This document shows positions 51,101 through 64,000 of a DNA stretch of 64,000 nucleotides, in pieces. The notes under the pieces are model-generated. The model did no database searches, had not been told where the DNA came from, and saw nothing but the letters and a program-made list of their open reading frames with translations. The DNA lies in the NCBI GenBank assembly GCA_963924565.1, contig OZ004610.1, forward strand, positions 11,532,001 through 11,596,000, in the 5' to 3' direction. Every line of letters starts with the position of its first letter. Positions within the stretch are counted from its first letter, which is position 1. The position numbers and the translations under genes were made by a program. The stretch comes from Ascidiella aspersa. Taxonomy: Eukaryota.

Positions 51101-54100
51101 ACCTAAAATAACACACAAAAATGTTTTCAAAAAAATGACTTTCCCGCCAATTTTACGGTAACCGCGATCATTGACCATTTTTACATGAAAATCATATTAA
51201 ACTGTAAAAAATACACCTAGAAAACGGGACACCGATTCTTTCACAGTTTACCTAAAAGTTGCAGCCAGCGAATCCTTTTTAGGTGGGTATGTTTTCAGTC
51301 CAATATAACTAGTAAAGTGGCCACTTTAAAACCGTGGTGCCTTCTTCGACACGGCTTTTTAAAACACACAAGCCGGTATCGTTGTGTCAAAATACTAAAT
51401 TTAAATCGCTTTTTTGCAACTTTGCCAGTTTACGGTCGCTTCAAATAACACAAGAACTAACTCTTGTAAAACGAGTAAAAACATTTAGTTTTTGTGTTAT
51501 TTCACTGATGTAAACTGATACGTTAAAATGGAAGACAGCTGGTTTCAGGCGGATTACAATCGCAATGTCAAGTTTTCAATAAAAAACGCGTTTTTACCAT
51601 TGCTTTTTAAAACGCAGCGTTGTGTCAAAACTACTAAATATACATCGATTGAATGTTAAACTCATTATACACACGTTACATGGCAGGCCTCGCTTGAAGT
51701 GAAGAGCAGCTTGGGCCGCGCTCTTTACGTGATCGCGTGCGACGAGTGTCTTCGGCTCTCCTCCCCGGAGCAAAGCGATCTCGCCCTCTCCTACCTGGAA
51801 CAGTGCAGTCCGGAGAGATGGGATGCTGTGAGACGCACGCGTAAGGTGGTCGACTCCTTTAGTCACTCGCACGCCTTCCTCAAAGAATATCAGGTGAGTC
51901 GAGCCTTTTTAATTAGTGGTGATGGCGGATTTTGCGCTCTTTTAGGAAGCTGGTGTAGAGTTTATTTGGTGCGCCACGGGCACCTGTGTAGTATACCGTA
52001 ACCAGCCGTTTAAGTTGCCTGTTGATAAGTTTCTTTTAATCTATATAGAGAAATCACGTGGCACTATATTGAATTCTCGACACGCCTTCGCAAAATATAA
52101 ATGAAAACAATTAAAATGCACGTAAAAGCACAAGCGCAAGGAAAAGATTATTAATCTATAGTAAGACTGTTTTAGCTTAGTAGTTACATTTTGGTCATCG
52201 AAGTGTGATTGTGTGGCTTTTTTATTTGAGGTGGAGTGAAAAGAAAATCGGCGATCGGACATACAATTAAAGACATCTACTTAATTTCACTTGTCCTCTT
52301 TTGTGAATTTAAATTTGCACTTAAGATAACATGGAAGTTGATATTGTAGTTCTAGACCTTTTCACCCTTACTTACTAACTTACAATTTAAATCTCTTGCT
52401 TACAATGTAAAAAGTCTGTATTCGGTAACTTCTGCCTGCAGGATACCAGTGGTGATGTGATCAGCGTTGAGATGATGGAAATGGCGGAGAGTGGGTTGGA
52501 CGCTTTACCTTACCGTTGTGACGTGCCGTTTATCCGCATGGTGGTGCAATCCATTTCTCGCGTCTTCCTCGAAATTCCGGGCAATTCGGAAGGTGGGAAG
52601 ACTTTCTGAATTTAGAGAATTTGAATTAACCTATAGTAGAAGAAATTATTGCATTGTAGGAATTTCTTTTTACGTTCTGTACGGCATAACTAAGATTTCG
52701 AACTTTTTAAAAAGTGCTTGCAATCGAATGTGTCTAAAACTCTAAGAAGTGGAAGCAAACGAACGCGAAATTGAGCAGGCTATAAACATTGCCAGCATTG
52801 TAACTTAAATCGCATATTACTATATATATTTTTAAACTTCTTTATAACAACGCATACGTAATGTTTAAAACGTTGCTAAACTCATCTTAACACGAAATCA
52901 TTTTTGTTCGGTCAGGTCAGATACTATTACATTTTTAAAAATGTTTCATAATTTACGACTTTGATCTTGTAACGAAAAAAACCTCATTAAGCACTGATAA
53001 CCGGTTTGAAGGTAACCTGACGCATTTAAAAACGTTATTTGCTGCAAATGACTGTTTGAAACCAAAAAATTAAGCCAGTGCTTATTTACACAACAGTTGT
53101 TATCCAGACTGCTGGGCAGCCACTGTAAAAGAGCTTCACCTCCAGCGCAAAACGTACAAAATGTTATTCACTTCGATATGGGCTTTAACAATTATCTTAC
53201 TGTTTTAATCATTCTCACGGAAATTGTTTTTTGTCACAGAAACGAACCAGTTGCAGAGCTCTTCGAAGCGAGTCCTGCTACAGCTGCTGGCCCACCCCCT
53301 GGTCAAGGTTCGCAGGTCGGCCTACGAGCAGTGCCTTGAGATTGTGCGTGGCGCTGTTAACGTGGCGGCCGCCGCCGAGAACCCGGGACACACAACGAGC
53401 CACGCTTGCCGGTATGTATTTGCGAATGGTAGCGATCGGGCTAAAATAAAGTGTTTTTTAAGCCGTAATTTGTAGGTTGTTTGTTTCGGTCAAAGTCAAG
53501 TCGGAAGGTTTTCTTGATTCAGTTATTTTTTTTCAGAAAGATTGAAAAATTGTGCTGTAAGTTTATTTTCTTTGAAAATTGGGTTTGTGAGTTTTCTTGC
53601 TCCTAATAGCGCTAGAATTTTCGTATATTTTGACCTATAATTATATAGAAAAGATTGCAGCGTATTCTATCTCCGATAAAAAAAATAAATGATGCCGCTG
53701 GAACACCTTATTACCCTAGCTTTTCTAGTTGAATTTATAAAAATTACAAAATAGATTATACAAAACTGTTCTGTTTTCCAGCTGCTTAACGTCAAACAGT
53801 GTGTACGTACAAGTCTTACTTTATTTGAAGCCTAATACTATTTCGCTAAACCTTTTCAACGCCAGATTTCTGCTGGACTCAGAAGTCTTGTACGAGCTCT
53901 GCTGCCACGGATTGGGCGACTCGTCACGCTTAGTTTCACACCCGGCTCAGGAAATGATCGCGCTCCTCTTGCAAGGACGCCTCCTGGTGGCCGAAAGCGT
54001 GTGGAAAGATTTTTGTCAAGCTGTTAAACCTATATTGCCGGCACTACAGGCAAGAAATACAAGTATTATGCAGTGTGCTGTTGGTTTTTAGACGATAACG

Positions 54101-57100
54101 ACTTCATACTCAGTAATAAAATCAAACCCGTACAGAGCCGCTACATTGTTTAAATTGATAATATACTTTTCTCAAGACTTGTTTAACTATGTTCACTTAG
54201 CATTTTATATAAAATTTTAATTTTTCTGAATATTATGTAATACAGATGCAGTTTTATAATTTTGTTATCCCATAATTTTTATGCAAGAATCCCCCTCAAT
54301 GTTTCGCACAGACTTTTCCTAAATTTTAAACTCCTAAACTAGTTCTTTTTTGTTGTTACAAAACGAATACGATATTCGGATTGCGTTATCAGTAGTGTGA
54401 TTATTTTTTGACTTGTCGAAAAAAGTCAAAATTTTGTTAAAAAGGTTAATTTTTGTCAAAAATCAAAATTTGTAAAAGTTTTAATTTTTTTTGTCAAAAT
54501 TTTAATTTTGTATAGGTTAAAAATAATCGCCCTAGTTATCAGTGACTGAAAACGAAACGGACATGTTTTTTTTATGATTGTTATAACGAGATTAAACTCT
54601 GATTTATCCAACATACGCACGCAGGCCTACACGGGTGAAACCGAGGTGCTACGCTCGGCCATCAGCCAGTTCATCTCCCCCAACGAGCTCGCCAACACCG
54701 CCGGAAGTGACGTGGAGTTGGACAGCGCTGGCGGAAGTGACGACACCGAGTGCATTCGGGCGTGTCTCCGTGCGCTCATGCTCAAGCACAGGGCGTCCCG
54801 AGGTGCATCGGCGGCTCGACTGCAGCAACTGGTGACGGGCAGTGACAGCCTTGCACGTATATCAGGTTCGATGCAAATCTAGGTTTTCCCAGTTTCCCGG
54901 GCAACTTCGTAAAACGTAAGAAAAAGGTTATTTTCCATGTCGTCACGCTCATAACCAAAGTGCTTAAGTTATTATTTTAGATTTTTTGCTTAAGTCACTG
55001 CTTGTTACCCTCCCCATCGATAGAAAAAGTACCTAGGTCATTTTCTATGGATGAGCGCATGCGCATGTGCAAACAAATGACGAAAACAGAGAACTGTCTT
55101 TTTCTCAACTGGTTTAAGTATTTCGCTCTTTACGTGTTTACGACGAGGCTAACACGAGTTTTATAATACGGAAAGTTAGAAATGCATATCGGAATCGAAA
55201 GGTAAACGCTGTACAGCTTTTTTGTCGATTGTTAAATATGCTACGAACAACCCCTCTTGTTTGAGAAATTAGCAAATAACAGTCAACGGAGTATTTGACG
55301 AACAATTAGTACTAGTTTCTTTGGCATATCTTCTGTTTCAAGTATCAGGAGAAATTTTGTTTAAAAATAGCAGTGTTATAAATACAGATATACCGATATA
55401 TCGGTATCGCTATGTTGCGAAAAATGAGTTTAGCAAATATTAGCAGATAGACCGAAATGTTATTTGTATTTTATTTTAATTGATTAAAATTTTGACAATA
55501 TTTCAGGTAAAAAAATCGAATTCGGTATCTGGTATCAGTTGGGAAAAACGTAAAGATCCTAAAAACGTGATATCGGTCGATCTCTAGTTGTAAACAAATT
55601 ATTTCGAAATAACTTAGGGTATAGTGGAATTATTTTTGAAAAGGCTGCAGTCAAAGTCAACTATTTAAAAACAAAAACAAGTCAGGACCCAGTCAAGTCA
55701 TTGTTGAAGCAAGTCAAATCACTCGTATAAATGTAAAAGGACAAACTAATAAAATTGGCAAACTCGTCCGATTATGAACAATCACTCACCTGAAAAAATA
55801 TATATATAATTTGTGGCAATCTAATAGTTTTTCGTGCAAAAAGTGAGGTTAATTTTATAATAAAATGTTTGATGAAAACACTTAATTTCAACCAAAGTCA
55901 TTTGACTCAATGACTTAGTCCAAGTTAATCATTTGTCTAAAAGGTCAAGTCTTTTTCACAAAACGACTTAAATTAAGTTAAGCTATTGAATAACAGTGAC
56001 TTATGTGCACTAATTCATTACAACGCTGGAAACTAATTAAATTTTAAAAACACTGTAAATCGTATGAAATGTCCTATTTTGAAAAAAAAAAAACTTAGTA
56101 ACTAAAATAGTTCACTGGTCAACAAAAAAAATTTGGCATGGAAGGTAAACCGATTTTGGAGTATATCAGGGGCGCTGAGCTCGAAAATGCCATTAGTTTT
56201 TGCAAATTGGCTCTAGTTTTTAAGATATTGCCGAATTTAGGTGTTTTCGTACCTTTAAATGGGGGAGGGGGGGGGCTTTGAAAGGGTCACAAGAATGAGC
56301 AAAAGATAAAGACACAATGTGATTAGCTAGATGAAGAAGTGCTACATAAATCTATTTTTTTCACATATTTAACACAAAAACTGCCTCATTTATTCGTATT
56401 TTCATCAGACTCTCCTAACATGTTGCAATTTGTGAGACTAAGCTTCTGTCCACCAGTATGCCTAAGCCCACACAAGAAAAACGACAATTTGTGAAAAAAA
56501 AAACAGTTTAAATGAACATATCTCCATGCACAAGCTGTTCACATATATAGGCCCTTACTTTTTAATCCAGTGTTGAACAGTGACCCGACTATCCCAGTAA
56601 CAAATAAAGCAGGGATACTTGGTGTAGGCGCCTTAATGTCCTAAGAGAAAGTTGACCATTTTCAAATCAACGCATATCTTTCAGTTATTCACACTATAAG
56701 AAATTCTCCAGGAGCATCTTTACTCTTTGGTAGAAGGGTAGTGCTCCTTTGAAACGACTAAGTGGCCAATTGGAACACAGGCAAACTTATTTCCGTTGTG
56801 AAGTAGCACACATGTCAAACTTCTTGGAGGAGTAAGTCCTTCGATGTTATTACAGTACAGAAAAAATCTTTTTAGGATAAAAATTGCATTAACATTTCTT
56901 CTCTGACCCGGTAAAACGTCATGTTTGTTGCCGAATCAAGAATGTTACGGAGGCAGGACTTCGGACGCTTCTTTAGATAAATCTAAATCACGAACTAGGT
57001 CGTTTAGCTGATCTTAAGTAAAAGGCTTCGGCTTTATGGTAGAGAGAAAGTAATCTAATGCCTGTTTTACCTCCCAAGCGAGACATTTGTACCAGACATC

Positions 57101-60100
57101 TCAACATTAAGGCAAAATTAAATAGCTGCTTCACATGGCTTCAGCTTTTATTAACTCATGTTACCCACTAGCATACATTTTTTATGGTATGTAAGAAAAA
57201 GCAATATCTCCAAAACTAGAGCCAACTCAGCACAAGTAGAGCCAACTCAGCACAATTTTCGGACTCGGAGCCTATACCCCTAAATCGATCTAATATATCA
57301 TGCCTTTTGAAAAAAAAAATTTTTGTTGGCCTTTGTAATATACAAGTAATTTAATATTGCCGTCTCACCATAGCCTATACTACAATACAATATAATAAAA
57401 ATAAGTTTTTTTGGTATATATTTGTAATAATTCAACAACAAATATATACCAGAAGAACTTATTTTTGTTATACTATGCCTGGTAACAACAGCATATTTAC
57501 TAAAATACAATTGTGATTGCTAAACACTTAGGACTTACCGACCTCCTCGTGGTCGACACTCCTCTCTCCCTTGTGCCGCGAGACGAAGCCGAGTGCTTCC
57601 GCATCCGAAGATCGATCTTCCAGGAGGAGGCAGTGCTCCGGATGCTCTCGGTCTTCCGCTCCAGCGACACAGAGCAATCGGTGCGCATCGGAGCACTCCG
57701 GCAGCTGGCCACGATGCTGGATGACCCCGCTCTTCACTCTTCATTCCTCCAGAGCGGAGGACTCGACTCGATCGTGGAAAAGCTAAAGGAGCTGGCGGCG
57801 CGCGACGTTCAGGTCCTAACGGAGGACGGGAAGACGGCGGTGGCCGCTTGCATCCTTACTCTCAAGTTGCTTCTCCGTCGTGACGCAACCTCTAGAGGTC
57901 ATTTGTCACGTGATAGAAGCCTCCTCCTTGTTCTTCTCCGAGCCTCCGCTCTCTGTCGCCTCTCAGTGTCCGCACTCGCTGATGTTGTGGTGGTCATCGG
58001 ACTCCTCGTCTTCCACGAGTGCCTCCGGGAGTACGCGAGGAGCGACTTCGGAGCGAAGAGCGGATCAGACGGAAGCGGCAGTGAAACGGTCGAGCTCAGC
58101 TTGCCGTCGGCAATTGTTGCAAGATATCAGGTGAACACAATGCTCATAGTTGTAAATTACCTTTTCTCAGTATTTTGAGGCAAGTGCTTTCGTAGGCTTT
58201 TATTGATTTAAATTTAAACAGTCGTTTGTTTATCACTTTTATCGGAATTGCACTTTTATAAATTTGGCCATTGTTATAAATTAGGTTAGGAAGCAAAATT
58301 TTTGTATTTAACTTTATTTCAAATCGTTCAGTTTTACGCTTTTTCATGTTGAATTAATTGAAGTCTGTTTTGTGTAGCCCTAAAAATATTTTTCAAAAAT
58401 TGTGTAGGCCTAAAGATATATTTTTTTAAGATATTTTTTCTTTGCTTAGTTTTACTCGCCCAAAAAGAGCAAAATGGCAAAACAGTCCTTTCGCGTTATC
58501 TGAACGCGACTTAAAGTTTACTTCTAACAAATCGCTAAACACTAAACTCAAACCCTACTACAGATCCCGTTTCTTTGCCCGACCCATCACGCGGTCAGCG
58601 TCCATCGTCAGCTGGTCTGTCCCCCCTCGCCCACGTGTGACCCCCTAACCGCCGGACCCCCGGCCAGCGCGCTGCGCATTGGTTGGCACCTGGCCAGATG
58701 CGACGATGACGTAGTCAAACTGTTGCGGGAGTCTCGCACGAAGGACGAAGGCAAGCGAGGTAAGTACTGACTTTACTTATTACTTTTAGGCGACATTTTT
58801 GCAGAGTTTTTATAAAGAAGAGTTTTTATAATTCAATGAGCTCAGCTTTAGTTTTTTTTTGTCAAAGGATTACCAAAATATTTATAATTGGAGCGATTAT
58901 ATTTTGACGTACAAAATTGCTTGCTCCTAGAAATTTACCAAGTAAATGGTTTAGTTAAAATACAGGTTAGGAAAAACGGCAAAAACTTACTTTCCAGCAT
59001 ATTTTGAAATAGGATTTCATTGCAATTAACTGAATTCCTATTTCAAAATATACTATGTGTTAAGTTTTTGCCTTATTAACGAAAAACGTAACGCGTAAAA
59101 CTATGAACAAGTTATTAACAAAGACAACGCATACGTCATACGCGGCAACACAACCTCTAGACAGCAACTATGTGCATTTTGTTATAGATTTTGACAAACG
59201 AGTATAACTTGCTATTTATACTAATGTGTTATATGATGTAAACCCTTTAATTTCCACCAATCCAACTATCACGTAAGCGCAGAGCTATTAATAATCTCTC
59301 GCTTGCGGAACGAAACACCGGTCGTTTTGGTAAAATGACTTGACTTGACTTAAGTCATTGAGTCAATTGACTTTGGTTAAAATAAAGTTTTTTCACTAAC
59401 TATTTTATTATAAAATTGAGCTATTCATCGTAAGTTTCGCACATAAAAACCATTAGATTGCTACATGTTGTTTATTTGTTATTTTTTAGTTGAATTATTG
59501 CTTATAATCGGACGAGTTTACCTATTTTGATGGATTGTCGTTTTATTATTATATTAGTGATTTAACTTGGAGATGACTTACTGTATCAGCTGTAATATGA
59601 CTTTACTGGGACTTGACTTGTTATTTTTTTAAATACTTGACTTGGATTCAATTTATTTCACAAATGACTCGACTTAAGTCATTTTAAACTTGTTTTAAAA
59701 AAAATCATTTTAAACTTTTTTTTTTTTTTTTGACTTGTTTACAACACTGCGTTGTTTAAACCCAGCTCCTTCGGACGAAATCGTCGACCTCCGTCTCACA
59801 GAAGCCGATCGCATCTCGCTCGAGTTCTGCAATCCGATCAGCGCCGCCTCCTCCCTCCTGTTCCTCGTCTCCTCCTCCCGCTCTCACTCCTCCGCCTCAC
59901 ACGCCTTCACGCTCTTCCGCCTGGCCGCCATGACGTCACACGCGTCGCTGCCCCTCGTCAGGGCGCTGTTGACCGCCGAGGGCCAGATGTGGAAAGATGC
60001 GTTTGTTAAGTTCCTCCAGGTATTGCTTCGTTGTGACCTACACTGTTTAAGCAGACTTGGACAACTAGATAATTCTAGTTTTCTAATTTAATGAATTAGA

Positions 60101-63100
60101 GCAAAATGCGGCTAATTCTAATTCTAATTTGCAAATTTGCAAATTGCTTGTTTGCTCTTATTCTAGTTCTAATCTAATTCGGGATTTTACCAAAAATCCT
60201 ACTTTGTCCAACGACGTTTTTAGTCCCTTAGTGAAAACAAAGAATTTGAATTCAAACTCTTTGGTTGAAACAAAATTTTCACGGACTAAAATTCATATGC
60301 TATGCTAAAATGCTTAAAAATTAGCACACACATGATTGACATGCACATTCCTATTAAAATACTTCTCGATTTACTGAAATTGATTGTGAATAATAAAATG
60401 TAATTTTAGTTTAAATTCTAGTTTAAATTCGTTTTTTTAAGAATTCGGTAATTCTAATCTAATTTGAGAAAACTCAAAATGATCTAATTTTAATTCTAAT
60501 CTAATTTTAAAAAGCTAAAATAAATCTAGTTGTCCAAGTCTGTGTGTAAGTTCTTGGAATTAAAACCTCTTTGTTGTTTAGATAAAACTAGTCTGTTTGT
60601 ATGGTTGTTGTTTTGGAAAAAAAGTGAACTAGAACGAAATTTAAATGCGATTTCCTATTTTTATTTTTTGACAAGCGAACTTTATCAGGTTTATAGTCGT
60701 TACGATTTGTTTTCAGTTTTACCACCAATAAATGTTTTTTTTAATTTAAGAATAAGGTCGATTGTTACCTATTAAAAAAACGTCTTACATTTGTACTTTC
60801 TTAATGGAGAAGAGACAGACAACTGAAATCAAACCAAACTAGAACTAAGCTAATTCAACGCAGCAGAACAAGCACCAAAATCGCCAAGCCCAGTCAAACG
60901 CTTGACCCTCGCATAAAATTACCTCAAGTCACGACACCAACCGCCTGTTGCTTCAGGTTCTACCAACCTGCTACGAGGACGAGCTTCTGTTGGCCAACCT
61001 AACGTCGCTTCTCGACCAAATACTGGCGATCGTCGAGAGCCAGACCACCGACGAGCTGGACGGTTTCGCGGTGACGCTGCTCGACTGGCTGCTGCAAAAG
61101 TGCTTGCTCACGTCAACCAGCAAGACCCAGCAGTTTCTCGAGAACGTCGGCAGCCCCCTGTTGCGAGCTTTAGAGTCCTCCGAGCCCCAACCGGAACCGG
61201 CAGCCACCCCTGGTTCGGCGGCACCCGGCGCCTCTGACCACCGCATGTCTTCGGTGACCGTTCGCCGGCAATTGTGCAAGGTCATACTCTCGCTCCTGTC
61301 CCGCATGTCGCGCATGATCCTTCGCGCGCCGAACATCGAAAACGAGGTGAGATTTCGTGACTTTGGTGCGTGGCAAAAAATAATAGTTCAAGTAGCGAAA
61401 TGTTAAACTGTAATCAAAAACAGTGGTCAAAACTGTTCGACTTATGTTACATGATTACATTTGATTGAATTTTATGTTAAATGACTTATTTTAAAATGAT
61501 TTAGATTAGATTGAATTTAGCTTGAACGTACAACGCATACGATATGGCGTCACTGTCAAACTGACAATTTACCGTTTTCTGTTGCATTTGCAGTTGATCG
61601 AAATAAACGTAAAAGGCAAAATTAATTCGCAATCTAAAAGGCAAAATAAATCGCACTACTTTTCAGAGGTTGTAGTTACACTTAGAATAAATATCAATCG
61701 CTATACAAGTCTAGTTAACAAAAAACAGTTTGTTCGAGCGCAAAGTGTCATGATTTAAGTAACCTAAGTCATGCACAACAACAGACAATCGCTCGTTTTC
61801 ACCGCGAACTTCGAACCGTGCTCTTGGTGCGACTTCGACTGGCCGACGCCCCGCAGTTCTATGACCTTCCCTCCATGGAGGTCACCTTGGAGTGCCTGGT
61901 CCACGTAAGCGCCACTCTGATTGGCCAGGGCCGTCACACATCGCTGGAGGCCACCGACCGTGTACTAATGCAGCAATTGCTGGGAACGTTGCTCGAGGTA
62001 TCTTTGAACTGACTGTTCTTTAAACTGAGATTGGGCCAACCAAACTTAATTGGTGTTTGCTTTTTTCCAGTTTTATGTACGCTGTGTTTCGCATTTAGTT
62101 TTGCTTGTTAAACAAAATTCGCCTTCCGATGATAGTATTGTCCTAGTTTGACTTTTTGTAGACTTTGAAACTACAAATATCTTAAGCTGCTTGTCTGGTA
62201 TGTTCTCGCCTTTAGTTGCAATTCTATTGCCTTGAAGAATATAGCCCGAATAGGTGATCGAAACGTTGGCACTTTAATAAAATTTTGCTGGAAGAACAAT
62301 TGTACGATTGAAGCAATGCCCGGCTGCAACAGCATATTCATATATCTCAAGCTATTTTACAAAGTAAAGAATCCTTTTAGCGGAGACGAATATGAAAGTG
62401 CTGTAATATCCTGTATTTAAATTTATTCAGGCAAGGCCAAAGTACTGTAAGGCAACCTCTTGTTTCCACAGATCGTCTCGGCTTTCCACATTGGTAGTGG
62501 AGCGAGCAGTCTCTCCTACATGGGCAAGGGCGTGAGCAGGTGCGCCACCCAGTGTATACTTCACCTGGCAAGAGAAATGGCGAAGTTCGGCATCACGGTA
62601 AGCTGGTTGAATAATGGATATATTCGGGCAAAGACAACAGAACGATAAAATTTATCACATAATTTAGCCCTGTTTTTCAATTATGCCTTCATAATTTTTA
62701 TATCGAGGCAGTAAATCAACTTATTTTACTAATGTGGGCATCACTAAATTGGCGCATAGCTACAAGCAAACGTATCCTTTCTCCTACGTTCGGCTCACAC
62801 CGATCTTAATACTTGCCTTGAAAAACTGACTATTGCGAATGTAATTATTTTGTTGTCGTTTCCCAGCTGAACGATGCGTAACTACATAATATACAATAAG
62901 TTATAAACATTTTTAAGCGATAGTACACTGCTGAAACTCCATGAAAAAACTTCTGCACATCCAGTACAATCCTTATTCCTCACAGGATTGGTCGAACCTT
63001 CTCGAATACGCCGTGCCCTCCCAGGCTCCCGACCGCCACCACGCGGTCACCGAGGCGCCCGGGCTGGAGTGGCTGATCCCCTTGTGGTCTGCCCGTGACC

Positions 63101-63921
63101 CCAGGACCCGCTTTGCCGGCCTGGCCATTGCTACTGCCGTTTCCACCACTCGGAAGGGCTGCCTGGCCTTAGCTAACGGATTCCAGCGCTACCCCGGCGG
63201 TCTATGGAACACGGTACGCTATGCCTGTCACTCAAGTTGAGCAGCGTAAGGCGGATCACACTTCCTTTGACAGATCCCCTTGTTTCATTATATGCGTTCA
63301 CGTTAGTAGACGTATCGCGCGCTGCTTAACCGCATTTATAAGCACCTCAGTTCTGTTGTTACATGTTTGTCTAAAAGAGCAACGAAATGCAAGAAATCAA
63401 AATCTGTTTTAGAAAAAAAAAGTAAAAAATTGCCGTAAATATTCACAACAGTATTCCGAAGTTTCATCTTAATTTTCTAGAGAGTGGGTTAACCGTTTTA
63501 GTGTATGTATTTTTTTTACTCTTATTAGTTCAGATTTTTTGGTACTTTTTACAGCCCTAAAAAATAATCCGTATAGTTTTATTGTATTACATATTAAAGC
63601 ACGATACATGTTAAATAGTTTAAATAAAAGATTTCCTAGAAAAGGTCATTTTTTCTCCGCCTGTAATCCATTCCTGAGATCGTTTAATGAACCCATTGTC
63701 GCGCTACTTTACTTTAAAGATCTATTTTGAACAAAACAGTATTTCGCCTACATCGCGCTAAGTGAGTCGTACCTACTTTCCCTCGTCAGGCGCTATGTGT
63801 TTTCCTGGATCACTCTGAATGCAGCCTGGTGAGGGAGCAATCGTGTCTTCTGCTCTGCAACATGCTCTCACACCCCTTCCAGGAGCCGCCCGAATCGCCC
63901 TCCAGCGAAATGGTTTGGCAG
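45182..63921 (+). CDS. RTTN: Rotatin, 5' part (continues beyond window); exons 45182..45233,45738..45925,46556..46754,47039..47121,47392..47655,48053..48191,48873..49047,49568..49802,50312..50398,50782..51000,51687..51893,52442..52592,53240..53411,53866..54049,54625..54865,57532..58130,58564..58759,59766..60019,60957..61346,61785..61997,62472..62597,62986..63213,63790..63921
   Basis: N-terminus [40 protein letters not shown] matches the rotatin N-terminal domain. Further rotatin-like blocks: [70 protein letters not shown]. Exon phases are continuous. Confidence 0.92.
50089..50200 (+). mobile_element. tRNA-derived SINE-like fragment
   Basis: A-box/D-arm-like AGCTCAGTTGGTAAAAGCA followed by a degenerate B-box (GAGTTAAAAT); no complete cloverleaf. 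Confidence 0.4.
55645..56000 (+). repeat. AGTCA-rich interspersed repeat (MITE-like), copy A
   Basis: Reverse-complement similarity to 59330..59690 (AACCAAAGTCA.TTGACTCAATGACTT, ACTCGTCCGATTAT). Confidence 0.75.
56113..57335 (-). mobile_element. Decayed Chapaev(3)-type (CMC superfamily) DNA transposon with transposase fragments
   Basis: TIRs CACTGGTCAACAAAAAAAATT / AATTTTTGTTGGCCTTTG. Minus-strand fragments [47 protein letters not shown] and [30 protein letters not shown] are characteristic of this transposase family; stops, frameshifts and deletions are present. Confidence 0.8.
57391..57498. repeat. Inverted (hairpin) remnant of the 24505..24615 repeat family
   Basis: 57391..57424 pairs with 57438..57472; 57436..57498 is the reverse complement of ~24506..24567. 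Confidence 0.7.
59330..59690 (-). repeat. AGTCA-rich interspersed repeat (MITE-like), copy B, inverted relative to copy A
   Basis: Reverse complement aligns with ~55645..55935. Confidence 0.75.
60052..60542. mobile_element. hAT-type MITE in an RTTN intron
   Basis: Perfect 18-bp TIRs CAGACTTGGACAACTAGA / TCTAGTTGTCCAAGTCTG; 8-bp TSD TGTTTAAG / TGTGTAAG (7/8); internal TTCTAAT repeats. Confidence 0.88.
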
Positions 63922-64000
63922 GTTCGACGATTTTTTTTCAATAGTCATAAGTGGCAACGCGTCATTCTGCTTTGGTGGACAATTGGTTACTAAATTAAAT

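Overview
AT-rich, intron-containing eukaryotic DNA; gene content, intron sizes and repeat types suggest an invertebrate chordate such as an ascidian (inference, not established). All protein-coding genes I can build lie on the + strand. (1) An 11-exon TMCC/TEX28-family ER transmembrane coiled-coil gene (2048..25520, ~783 aa). (2) An 11-exon gene for a 654-aa secreted protein made of two homologous ~300-aa helical repeats bracketed by Tyr/Arg-rich blocks, present as two intact copies (28868..34101, 37792..43073). (3) Rotatin (RTTN), from 45182 to beyond the window end. A ~9-kb tandem duplication (27759..36629 / 36684..45969) copies the secreted-protein gene together with the RTTN upstream region and first two coding exons, leaving an orphan RTTN 5' module whose donor is in phase with exon 2 of the second secreted-protein copy. 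Introns carry a ~4-kb foldback-type element, several hAT-type MITEs (one apparently nested), a decayed Chapaev-type transposon, a tRNA-like SINE fragment, and a small repeat family with hammerhead-ribozyme core motifs. Exon models were built by hand from splice sites and phase continuity; no database search was run.
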